DNA from: an uncultured Oscillospiraceae bacterium
Lineage (GTDB): Bacteria > Bacillota > Clostridia > Oscillospirales > Oscillospiraceae
Reading direction: 5' to 3'
Length of the DNA stretch: 27,311 nt
NCBI GenBank assembly: GCA_964496235.1
Contig: CAZBYU010000002.1
Span: 1-27,311, forward strand
Shown: positions 16,226-24,085 of the stretch, in pieces
How positions within the stretch are numbered: position 1 is the first letter of the stretch
Layout of the letters: every line of letters begins with the position of its first letter
Program-made: the position numbers and the translations under genes
Notes under the pieces: generated by a model
Told to the model about the DNA's origin: nothing
What the model saw: only the letters and a program-made list of their open reading frames with translations
Database searches by the model: none

Positions 16226-17281
16226 ACGAAAGAGAGGACCGCATGGATTGACTTTGCACGTGCTATGGCAATACTTGCCGTTGTACTTTGTCACGCTTCC
16301 GAACCTTTCTATACGATAGAAGTTGATTTTATAAACACGCTGTCTCTTAAAAGTCGTCTCTTCGGGTTCTCTGCATTTACCGTCGGTCGTCTGGGTGTTC
16401 CGATATTTCTTATGATATCCGGCTATTTGCTGTTAGACCGTGAATATGACAGTGACAAAACGTTACGCTTTTGGAAAAACAACTGCCTGCATCTTTTTAT
16501 ATGCACAGAATTATGGCTGATTATTTATGCCGTATTTGCACAGCTTATGGGTACATGTAATTATTCTTTTTCCGAGATACTTGAAGTAATGCTGTTTATA
16601 CGTAACGTAAGTGCTCCTCATCTCTGGTACTTGCCGATGATTCTGGGTGTATATCTGCTGATTCCATTTGTCGCCAACGGAATTAAAAAAGTCAATCCGC
16701 GCCTTCTTCTTTTTCCTTTACTTATTTTTTCGGCATACGTATTCGCCTTGCCAACATTGAATGTTGCCGAAAGCGTTTTTGATGGAAACTCAAAACCTCT
16801 CACCTTTTTCACCGAGTTCAGCGGCGGAGCTTATGGGCTGTTTCTGCTCATGGGATACACGATAAAGAAGGGCTGTCTGAAAAAGTTCAAAACCGTATAC
16901 ATCGCGCTTTTTTGCGGCATAGCGTTTATTGCCACGGTTGTGTTTCAGCTGACCGCATACAACCATTGGTGTAGATATAATGTTTGGTACGACAATCTGT
17001 TTTTATTCCTTTGCTCCGTTTCTCTTTTTGAGTTGGCTTCCAGAGTAAAGATAAGCAAGACACCAAAGCCGATCTCAACTTTGTCATACTACTCTTTTCC
17101 GATTTTCCTTATTCATAAGATAGTTCATACACTTTTACTGCCATACTTTCTAGCTATGGACATGCATTACCCGCCAAAGGTCATTTTGCTTTTCGCATGT
17201 GTAACTGCAATCACGCTCCCCCTTGTAATGCTGATAAGCAAAACCCCCAAGATAGGCAATTATATTCTATACCTAAAATAG
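16226..17281 (+). CDS. Acyltransferase-3 (membrane O-acyltransferase) family protein with an apparent ACG start; AT-rich
   Basis: WIDFARAMAILAVVLCH, VPIFLMISGYLLL, HLWYL, SFPIFLIH motifs and many TM helices. The track ATG (16148) lies in the terminator loop, upstream of the promoter. AGGAGAGG at 16212-16219 points to ACG at 16226 (351 aa). Confidence 0.85.
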   Translation, partial: TKERTAWIDFARAMAILAVVLCHASEPFYTIEVDFINTLSLKSRLFGFSAFTVGRLGVPIFLMISGYLLLDREYDSDKTLRFWKNNCLHLFICTELWLIIYAVFAQLMGTCNYSFSEILEVMLFIRNVSAPHLWYLPMILGVYLLIPFVANGIKKVNPRLLLFPLLIFSAYVFALPTLNVAESVFDGNSKPLTFFTEFSGGAYGLFLLMGYTIKKGCLKKFKTVYIALFCGIAFIATVVFQLTAYNHWCRYNVWYDNLFLFLCSVSLFELASRVKISKTPKPISTLSYYSFPIFLIHKIVHTLLLPYFLAMDMHYPPKVILLFACVTAITLPLVMLISKTPKIGNYILYLK

Positions 17282-17317
17282 CTCGCATTTTGCCTTACAC
17301 AACTATAATATTGTGAT

Positions 17318-17350
17318 AAAAATGCAGTTTCTTCACGAAACTGCATTTTT
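17318..17350. terminator. Bidirectional terminator between convergent genes
   Basis: AAAAATGCAGTTTC-TTCAC-GAAACTGCATTTTT, with A/T tracts on both sides. Confidence 0.88.
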
Positions 17351-17373
17351 TGTTAAGATTATCATAACTTTTT

Positions 17374-17577
17374 TTAACGCATCAATCGTACCCGGCGGAG
17401 ATTTCGGCGATGACTGTGCCTATTATGGCGATGGCGTTCAAGCTCACTCGCACGCGCCTGTAGCTTTTCCACAAGCTCCGCCGTATTCTCTTTTTCGGCG
17501 GGTGCGGCATCACCCGCACTATCTACCCGCACATTATCGGCTTTAACCTTGTTTTCAAGCTTTTCTTTCTCTTCCAT
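17374..17577 (-). CDS. Small hypothetical protein (67 aa), acidic N-half and His/Arg-rich tail
   Basis: GGAGG at 17585-17589 before ATG 17577. Follows yfcE after 23 nt and ends before the terminator. Confidence 0.6.
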   Translation of the reverse strand: MEEKEKLENKVKADNVRVDSAGDAAPAEKENTAELVEKLQARASELERHRHNRHSHRRNLRRVRLMR

Positions 17578-17600
17578 GATTACGCCTCCCACGGCACAAA

Positions 17601-18152
17601 TCACGCTTTACCGTCGGGGTAGCTCATATATGGCTTGCCCTCGATATCCTTCCATGTGAAAACACCGTTTTCATAGGTCATATAGCTATGGGGTGATGCC
17701 TCCTTGGGAATGGAGACGGAGCCGGGATTGAGATAGCTTATCTCCCCTGCCGTCTTGTGTTCGGGAACGTGAGTATGCCCGCAAAGAAGCACGCCGCCTA
17801 CGGCAAGCTTGGGGGGATTATGAACATCGAAGAGATGACCATGCGTGGCAAACACCGGTGTACCGTCAAAATCAAAAAGCGCGTAGTCGGCAAGCACGGG
17901 GAAATCAAGCACCATCTGGTCGACCTCCGCGTCACAGTTGCCGCGCACGGCGGCTATTATATCGGCATGTGCATTGAGAAGCCGGGCTGTTTCGCGCGTG
18001 TCATAATCCCGCGGAAGGTCGTTTCGCGGACCGTGGTACAAAAGATCACCGAGGAGCAGGAGCTTATCCGCACCCTCCGCCTCAAAGCGTTTGAAAAGCA
18101 GGCGGCAGAAATAAGCCGAGCCGTGTATGTCCGAGGCGATGAGCCATTTCAT
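17601..18152 (-). CDS. yfcE: YfcE/MJ0936-family metallophosphodiesterase
   Basis: 183 aa. SDIHGS, LLGDLLYHGPRN, VRGNCD, THGH, GHTH, NPGSVSIPK. GGAGG RBS. Confidence 0.92.
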   Translation of the reverse strand: MKWLIASDIHGSAYFCRLLFKRFEAEGADKLLLLGDLLYHGPRNDLPRDYDTRETARLLNAHADIIAAVRGNCDAEVDQMVLDFPVLADYALFDFDGTPVFATHGHLFDVHNPPKLAVGGVLLCGHTHVPEHKTAGEISYLNPGSVSIPKEASPHSYMTYENGVFTWKDIEGKPYMSYPDGKA

Positions 18153-18187
18153 GTTATCATACCTCCAGATTGTTCTTTAATTGAGCT

Positions 18188-18216
18188 ATTATAGTTGATT
18201 CTCCGAAATCAGTCAA
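18188..18216 (-). promoter_or_regulatory. Sigma-A promoter of yfcE
   Basis: TTGACT (18211-18216), 17 nt, TATAAT (18188-18193). Confidence 0.8.
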
Positions 18217-18291
18217 CGCTCAGTTCGGTTAATACCGCGCAAATTAACAGATATTTTACCTGTTATCATACACAAAAGGCAAAATTATCGG

Positions 18292-18320
18292 CTGACACAT
18301 TGTTAATTATATGATATACT
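18292..18320 (+). promoter_or_regulatory. Sigma-A promoter of the Fe-S flavoprotein-hypA unit
   Basis: CTGACA (18292-18297), 17 nt, TATACT (18315-18320), with an extended TG. Confidence 0.75.
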
Positions 18321-18401
18321 GTCGATGACAATCAGTACACGAGCATTTACCCAATACTAACATGACCCCCTAAGAAATATATTAATAAGGAGAGTATCAG
18401 C

Positions 18402-21083
18402 ATGGCACAGCTAAGACCCAAGATAGTCAAGCTCGCCAAGGTAATAGGCGGTGCTTCCGGACTGATGAACAAAATCGACGAGAACGCCCCGGAGTATTAC
18501 AGCCTTGTCAACATCGTATCCGACGACGAGGCGGACATTGCCATAGCCGCCGGGCTTCGCAAGGAACGCACGGCAGGGTATCTCGCGGAGAAGGTCGGAA
18601 AGAGCGTGGAGGAGATTCAGGGCGCACTCGACAACCTTGTATATTACGGCATTTTCCGCCGCACCTACAGCAAGGAGCTGGGCGAGGACATATATTTCAT
18701 GCAGATTTTCGCCCCCGGAATACTCGAAATGATGGTGAACAAAAAAGAGCTTATGGACGCACACCCGGAGGTCGGACGCGCGTTCGAGGAATACACGAGA
18801 ATTCGCATGCAGTCGATGGGTCCTTTGCTTCCGGACGGATATGGGCTTATGCGCGTTATCCCCGTGGAAAGCGCGATCAAGGATATCCCCGGCGTAACCG
18901 ATGACGAGAGACTGAGCTACTATCTCGACAAATATGACACATTCTCCGTTTCTTCCTGCTCCTGCCGCGCCTCGCGCACCTCTATCGGCGACGGTTGCGG
19001 GCATCTGGACGAGGATATGTGCGTTCAGATGGGCAAGGGCGCGGAACACTACATACGCTCCGGCAGAGCGCGTGAAATAACGCGCGAGGAGGCTATGGAG
19101 ATAATAAAACGCGCCGAGGAAAACGGTCTCATGCACGACATTCCCAACATAGAGGGTGCGGGAGACAGCTCGGCAATATGCAACTGTTGCTCTTGTGCAT
19201 GCTTCGGTCTGAGAGCGGGGCTTATGTTCGGCGCACGTGACGCAATACGCTCAAACTTTGTGGCGGAAATAGACGAGGCAAAGTGCGTGGCATGTGCCCA
19301 GTGCGTGGAGATATGCCCAGGAAACGCATTGAAGCTCGGTCAAAAGCTTTGCACCACGGACGATACGAGCGCACCGGAGTACGTAAAGATTACGGACACG
19401 TTCAACTTTGCCAAGGCTCGCAACGAAGATTACCGCGAAAACCGCGAGGACGTTCTTCCCTCCGGCACTGCGCCGTGCAAGAGTGCGTGTCCCGCACATA
19501 TCCCGGTGCAGGGCTATCTCAAGCTTGCCGCACAGGGGCGTTACACCGAGGCACTTGAGCTTATAAAGAAAGAAAACCCCTTCCCCGCCGTATGCGGGCG
19601 CATATGCAACAAACGCTGTGAGGCGGAGTGTACGCGCGGCAGTGTGGACGAGGCGGTTGCAATCGACGAGGTCAAGCGGTTCATTGCAGACCACGACATG
19701 AGCGAAGCAACTCGCTATATCCCCAAGATGGTCAACCAGATAGGCAGACCCTACAGCGAAAAAATCGCCATAGTGGGTGCAGGTCCCGCCGGCATGAGCT
19801 GTGCATACTACCTTGCGAACAAGGGCTACAGCGTGACGGTGTTCGACCGCAACAGCGTACCCGGCGGCATGCTGACACTGGGTATTCCGTCGTTCAGGCT
19901 GGAAAAGGACGTGCTGAACGCGGAGATAGACATTCTGCGCGAGATGGGCGTGGAATTCAAGTGCGGCGTTGAGGTCGGCAAGGACATCACACTCGCCGAG
20001 CTTCGCAAGCAGGGCTACAAGGGCTTCTACCTCGCCATCGGCGCGCAAAAGTCCGCAAAGCTGAGCATTCCGGGCGAGGAGCTGAACGGCGTGTTCGGCG
20101 GGGTCGACTTCCTGCGCGAGGTGAACCTCGGCAACAAGCCCGCTATAGGCAAGAAGTGCGCCGTTATAGGCGGCGGCAACGTGGCTATGGACGTGTGCCG
20201 CAGTGCGGTGCGCCTCGGCGCGGAGGAAACTTACATACTCTACCGCCGTTCGGAGGAGGAGATGCCCGCAGACAAGGACGAGGTGAACGAGGCGAAGCAC
20301 GAGGGTGTCAGCTTTAAGTTCCTCGCCGCCCCCGTGGAGATAATGGGTGCGGACGGCAAGGTCACCGCAATAAAGGCAGAGCTTATGGAGCTTGGAGAAG
20401 CGGACGAAAAGGGTCGTCGCAAGCCCGTAGGCACAGGCAAATTCGAGACTATAGAAGTCGATTCCGTTATTGCCGCCGTAGGTCAGGTAGTCGACTGGGG
20501 TTCAATCGACGTAGGCGAGCTGAAAACCACCTCCCGCGGCACGGCAGAGGCAGACGCACTGACCTATCAGACGGCGCAGTGCGACATATTCGTCGGCGGA
20601 GACTGCTACACCGGTCCCAAGTTTGCAATTGACGCTATCGCCGCAGGCAAGGAAGCCGCGATAAGTCTGCACCGCTACGTCCACCCCGGTCAGACTCTGA
20701 CTGCCGGACGCGACAGACGCGTATACCACGCGCTCGACAAAAACCAAGTACTGCTTGACGTGGCAAGCTTCGACAACGACCACCGTCAGCTTGCCGGTTA
20801 CAGCGAGACGAAAGCCAAGACCTTCTCCGACGCACGTGTGACCTTCACTGAGGAGCAGGTCAGGCGCGAATGCGCCCGTTGCCTCGGTTGCGGCGCGACG
20901 AAGGTGGACAACTATCTGTGTATAGGTTGCGGTCTTTGTACGACGAAGTGCAAGTTCGACGCAATACACCTGAAGAAGGTGCGCGATTGGCATGCAACCA
21001 CGTTTGAGACCATGCCGATAAAGGTTGCGGAAAACCTTGTCAAGCGTACAGGAGGCATCGTGAAAAAGGCGGTCAGCAAGTAA
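18402..21083 (+). CDS. Large Fe-S flavoprotein: GltD/NfnB/DPD-like NAD(P)H oxidoreductase core with extra N-terminal Cys-rich and ferredoxin domains
   Basis: 893 aa. FAD motif IVGAGPAG, NAD(P) motif VIGGGNVAMD followed by YRR, DPD-type cluster motifs PCKSACP and CGRICNKRCEAEC, ferredoxin motifs CVACAQCVEICP and CIGCGLCTTKC, and an N-terminal CSC...CGH...C...ICNCCSCAC set. AAGGAG RBS. Confidence 0.9.
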   Translation: MAQLRPKIVKLAKVIGGASGLMNKIDENAPEYYSLVNIVSDDEADIAIAAGLRKERTAGYLAEKVGKSVEEIQGALDNLVYYGIFRRTYSKELGEDIYFMQIFAPGILEMMVNKKELMDAHPEVGRAFEEYTRIRMQSMGPLLPDGYGLMRVIPVESAIKDIPGVTDDERLSYYLDKYDTFSVSSCSCRASRTSIGDGCGHLDEDMCVQMGKGAEHYIRSGRAREITREEAMEIIKRAEENGLMHDIPNIEGAGDSSAICNCCSCACFGLRAGLMFGARDAIRSNFVAEIDEAKCVACAQCVEICPGNALKLGQKLCTTDDTSAPEYVKITDTFNFAKARNEDYRENREDVLPSGTAPCKSACPAHIPVQGYLKLAAQGRYTEALELIKKENPFPAVCGRICNKRCEAECTRGSVDEAVAIDEVKRFIADHDMSEATRYIPKMVNQIGRPYSEKIAIVGAGPAGMSCAYYLANKGYSVTVFDRNSVPGGMLTLGIPSFRLEKDVLNAEIDILREMGVEFKCGVEVGKDITLAELRKQGYKGFYLAIGAQKSAKLSIPGEELNGVFGGVDFLREVNLGNKPAIGKKCAVIGGGNVAMDVCRSAVRLGAEETYILYRRSEEEMPADKDEVNEAKHEGVSFKFLAAPVEIMGADGKVTAIKAELMELGEADEKGRRKPVGTGKFETIEVDSVIAAVGQVVDWGSIDVGELKTTSRGTAEADALTYQTAQCDIFVGGDCYTGPKFAIDAIAAGKEAAISLHRYVHPGQTLTAGRDRRVYHALDKNQVLLDVASFDNDHRQLAGYSETKAKTFSDARVTFTEEQVRRECARCLGCGATKVDNYLCIGCGLCTTKCKFDAIHLKKVRDWHATTFETMPIKVAENLVKRTGGIVKKAVSK

Positions 21084-21424
21084 TGCATGAGCTTGGTATA
21101 TGCGACGCGCTTTTGAAGCTTGTCGGCAACATTGCCCGAGACGAACAGCTTGAGGGCGTGAAAAGCGTGACGATTGAGGTAGGGTCACTGTCCGGAGTCG
21201 TACCCGCCTACCTCAAAGACTGCTGGGTCGCAGTATCCGACGGCACAGCATACGAAAAGACCGAGCTTTTCGTGGAAAGCGTACCCGGCGAGGCGCAATG
21301 CCTTGACTGCGGAGAGCGTTTTACCGCGGATTTGAACAGGCTTATCTGCCCCAAGTGCAACGGAACAAAGCTCACGCCCCTATCGGGGCGTGAGCTGACG
21401 CTGAAAGAAATAGAAGCAATATAA
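21083..21424 (+). CDS. hypA: HypA/HybF-family nickel metallochaperone
   Basis: 113 aa. N-terminal MHE Ni motif, VGSLSGVVP, two Zn knuckles CLDC and CPKC, SGREL. TAATG overlap with the flavoprotein. Confidence 0.93.
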   Translation: MHELGICDALLKLVGNIARDEQLEGVKSVTIEVGSLSGVVPAYLKDCWVAVSDGTAYEKTELFVESVPGEAQCLDCGERFTADLNRLICPKCNGTKLTPLSGRELTLKEIEAI

Positions 21425-21433
21425 CACCTGACA

Positions 21434-21467
21434 AAAATCAGCCGTCTCATTCGAGACGGCTGATTTT
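21434..21467. terminator. Bidirectional terminator between hypA and argS
   Basis: AAAATCAGCCGTCTC-ATTC-GAGACGGCTGATTTT, a perfect 15-bp stem. Confidence 0.9.
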
Positions 21468-21493
21468 GTCGTTATTGTATTTCGCCGCAGAAG

Positions 21494-23158
21494 TCACATG
21501 GACTCTGGTGCGGAAACACCGAGGAGATCAAGGGCATTCTTGAGGGTAATTTCAAGTGCCATTACAAGACCGACGCGCTGGTTGGTAAGCTCGGGGTCAT
21601 CGGGGTTGTTGACACGGGCGACATTGTAATAGCTGTGGTAGAGCTTGACGAGGGAGATGATGTACTCATTGACGATGTTGGGCTTGCGGGTCTTTGCGGC
21701 CTTGGCAACAAGACCGGGGAACTCGCTCATCATCTTCATAAGGAGAAGCTCCTTTTCGTCGGTAAGGCGGTCATAGTTGTCGACCGGCTTGAAGGCGGGG
21801 ATATCGGGGTTGCGGAGTATGGAACACATACGAGAGTGTGCATACTGGGCATAGTAAACGGGGTTGTTGTTGTCCTTGGCAACAGCCTGCTTAACGTCGA
21901 AGTCCATCTGAGAGGAGATATCCTTGGAACTGAAGAACCAGTGTGCCGCGTCAACGCCAACCTCCTCGGTAAGCTCGCGAATGGTGATGGCGTTGCCGGT
22001 GCGCTTGCTCATCTTGACCTCAACACCGTTTTCGACCATACGAACCATCTGGATAAGCTCGACAGAGAGGGTATCCTTCGGGCAACCGAGAGCGGAGAGA
22101 GCCGCTTGCATACGCGTGACGTAGGAGTGGTGATCCGCACCCCAGAGATTGACGAGCTTGGTATAGCCGCGCTCGAGCTTATAGACATGGTTTGCGATAT
22201 CGGGGGTAAGGTAAGAGAGTGTTCCGTCGCTCTTGCGAAGAACACGGTCTTTGTCGTCGCCGTAGTCGGTACTCTTGAACCAGAGTGCGCCGTCCTTTTC
22301 GTAGAGAAGCCCCTTCTCGTCCATGAGCTTGAGGCAGTCATTTATACGCTGTCTGTCGTTCTCATAAAAGAAGGTCTCATGCACCCAAGATTCGATGTTG
22401 ACACCGAAATTCTTCAGGTCACGGTCGATCTTATCAAGCTCGAGCTTTTTGCCGGTCTCCATGAAGTAGTGAAGACGCTCGTCACCCTCGACGGAGAGCC
22501 ACTTGTCACCGTCTTTCTCGGCAATAAGGTCGGCAATACCCTTAACGTCCTCGGCATGGTAGCCGTCTTCGGGCAGGGGGTACTCAGCGGCACGACCGAA
22601 ATGCTCATAATATCGCGCGATGAGGGATTCGCCGAGCTTGACGATCTGGTTGCCGGCATCGTTGACGTAGAACTCTCGGAGAACGTCATACCCGCTCTTT
22701 TCAAGCAGACGGCATATGCATTCGCCCCAGACGGCGTTACGGGCATGACCGCAGTGCAGATCACCCGTGGGGTTTGCGGAAACCCACTCGACAAGAATAC
22801 GCAGACCGTTGCCGGAATCGTTCTTGCCGTAATCGCCCTTGGCTTCGAGAACCTTGTTGATAACGCCGGAGAGTGCGTCACCGCGCAGACGGAAGTTTAT
22901 AAAGCCGGGCTTTGCCACGGTGATGGACTCAGCCTCGGGCAAAGACTCACGCAGCTTTGCGGCAAGCTCCTCGCCGATCTGCATGGGGGGCATATGCAAC
23001 TCACGGGCAAGGCGCATGGCCGTGCTGGATGCATAGTCACCCATCTTCGAGTCACGGGGAACTTCGACAAGCAGAGTGTCCTCGTTGCCCTCTATGCCAT
23101 AACAATCAAGAAGCGCGTCACTCAGCGCGTCATATATTTTCTTCTCAAAATCGCTCAT
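21494..23158 (-). CDS. argS: Arginine--tRNA ligase
   Basis: 554 aa. Class I HIGH-type motif SANPTGDLHCGHAR, GADHHSY, KMSKRTG, YYAQYAHSR. ATGA overlap with argR. Confidence 0.96.
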   Translation of the reverse strand: MSDFEKKIYDALSDALLDCYGIEGNEDTLLVEVPRDSKMGDYASSTAMRLARELHMPPMQIGEELAAKLRESLPEAESITVAKPGFINFRLRGDALSGVINKVLEAKGDYGKNDSGNGLRILVEWVSANPTGDLHCGHARNAVWGECICRLLEKSGYDVLREFYVNDAGNQIVKLGESLIARYYEHFGRAAEYPLPEDGYHAEDVKGIADLIAEKDGDKWLSVEGDERLHYFMETGKKLELDKIDRDLKNFGVNIESWVHETFFYENDRQRINDCLKLMDEKGLLYEKDGALWFKSTDYGDDKDRVLRKSDGTLSYLTPDIANHVYKLERGYTKLVNLWGADHHSYVTRMQAALSALGCPKDTLSVELIQMVRMVENGVEVKMSKRTGNAITIRELTEEVGVDAAHWFFSSKDISSQMDFDVKQAVAKDNNNPVYYAQYAHSRMCSILRNPDIPAFKPVDNYDRLTDEKELLLMKMMSEFPGLVAKAAKTRKPNIVNEYIISLVKLYHSYYNVARVNNPDDPELTNQRVGLVMALEITLKNALDLLGVSAPESM

Positions 23159-23661
23159 TTCCCATTTGCCTCCATACTGATGGTGTTATAGATATTCTCA
23201 GATGCACATAAATCCTTCAACTGGCGGCAAAAATCGCTCGCCGCATCATTGTCCGACATTATGAGCAAAATTGTGTCGGCACCTGCAAGAGAGCCGACGA
23301 AGCCCGGGTGTTCGAGCTTGTCGATATACGCACAGACGGCGTTCGCCATGCTGATTATCGTTTTGACAACGATAATGTTCTGCACCGCCGTAAACGACGG
23401 AGCCGACATCTGCGCGATATACTGAAGATGTTCAACTCCTTTTCCGTCCTCACTCATGCCGGGATCGGCCACATACATGGGAAGCCCATCGGGACCGATC
23501 TGCTTTACAAGACCGAGGGCGCGGATATCTCGCGACACTGTGGACTGAGTACATTCAACTCCCCGTGCCGCAAGCAGATCCATCAAATCTTTTTGAGTTC
23601 TCACCTCGCGGGTAGATAGTAGCTCCAAAATCAACTGCTGTCGTCGCGTGTTCACAGACAT
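23155..23661 (-). CDS. argR: Arginine repressor (ArgR/AhrC family) with an atypical C-terminal motif
   Basis: 168 aa. RRQQLILELL, TQKDL, TQSTVSRDI winged helix. C-terminal IIVVKT...GSLAGADTILLI. Confidence 0.92.
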   Translation of the reverse strand: MSVNTRRQQLILELLSTREVRTQKDLMDLLAARGVECTQSTVSRDIRALGLVKQIGPDGLPMYVADPGMSEDGKGVEHLQYIAQMSAPSFTAVQNIIVVKTIISMANAVCAYIDKLEHPGFVGSLAGADTILLIMSDNDAASDFCRQLKDLCASENIYNTISMEANGK

Positions 23662-23727
23662 CCCCCCTTATCCCCCTTACAACGAAATTCATGACGGGTA
23701 TCCCATTCAATATCCGTCAGTTTATTC

Positions 23728-23736
23728 ATTATAACA
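23728..23736 (-). promoter_or_regulatory. Extended -10 promoter of argR-argS
   Basis: TG-T-TATAAT on the - strand, about 65 nt upstream of the argR ATG. The -35 is poor. Confidence 0.6.
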
Positions 23737-23818
23737 TGCCGCGTTGAAAAAAGCTATACTAATTTAACGCACATTTTGACACATTCCTTTACTTTTGGAC
23801 GCGAATTTCTTGTATATT

Positions 23819-23879
23819 CTTGCACATATATGCAAACGCGCCGAAAAACGCGAAAATCCCGGCGGCATAAACATGCATT
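23819..23879. promoter_or_regulatory. Two ARG-box-like palindromes
   Basis: TGCAC-ATAT-ATGCA (23821-23834) and GGCAT-AAAC-ATGCA (23864-23877) match the Firmicute ARG-box core TGMAT-N4-ATKCA with one mismatch each. Confidence 0.6.
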
Positions 23880-23904
23880 TTGCCACCGGGGATAATACAC
23901 AAAG

Positions 23905-24085
23905 TCATTGTTCGTCGCTTTGGGTATCCTCTTTGGGGATACTCGCGGAGTTATGCGAGCCTTTTGGGAGGCAGACGTTATTGCGGAATAGCGTGGGCGA
24001 CATGCCTTTGAACTTGGAAAAGTTTAACTGTCGCCGACTCGATAACAGCGGATAGATTATCCTGAATACTAGCTGCTTTATTCAC
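23905..24085 (-). pseudogene. Possible degraded small gene with an AraC C-terminus-like remnant
   Basis: GAGGTG, 7 nt, GTG opens a 35-aa ORF (24085-23978). A shifted frame reads NFSKFKGMSPTLFRNN..., resembling the AraC-family F-x-K-x-F-K-K-x-x-G-x-S-P-x-x-F-R end. Confidence 0.3.

Noticed and set aside
19251-20300. 349-aa - strand ORF (and similar ORFs at 18411-19136 and 20502-21188) inside the flavoprotein
   Set aside because: In-register antisense shadows; the + strand carries all the cofactor motifs.
21083-21424. Hydrogenase gene cluster inferred from hypA
   Set aside because: No large or small subunit motifs and no hypB-F in the window, and a terminator follows hypA directly.
21635-23191. 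518-aa ORF antisense to argS, tempting as a sense/antisense synthetase pair
   Set aside because: It is exactly in codon register with argS, so it only reflects avoidance of TTA/CTA/TCA codons. It has no RBS or recognisable motifs, and the same shadow effect appears on unrelated genes here.
23661-23680. Tandem TAAGGGGG(G) duplication before argR as a phase-variable tract
   Set aside because: The G5/G6 runs are short and simply explained as a Shine-Dalgarno region; there is no evidence of slippage.
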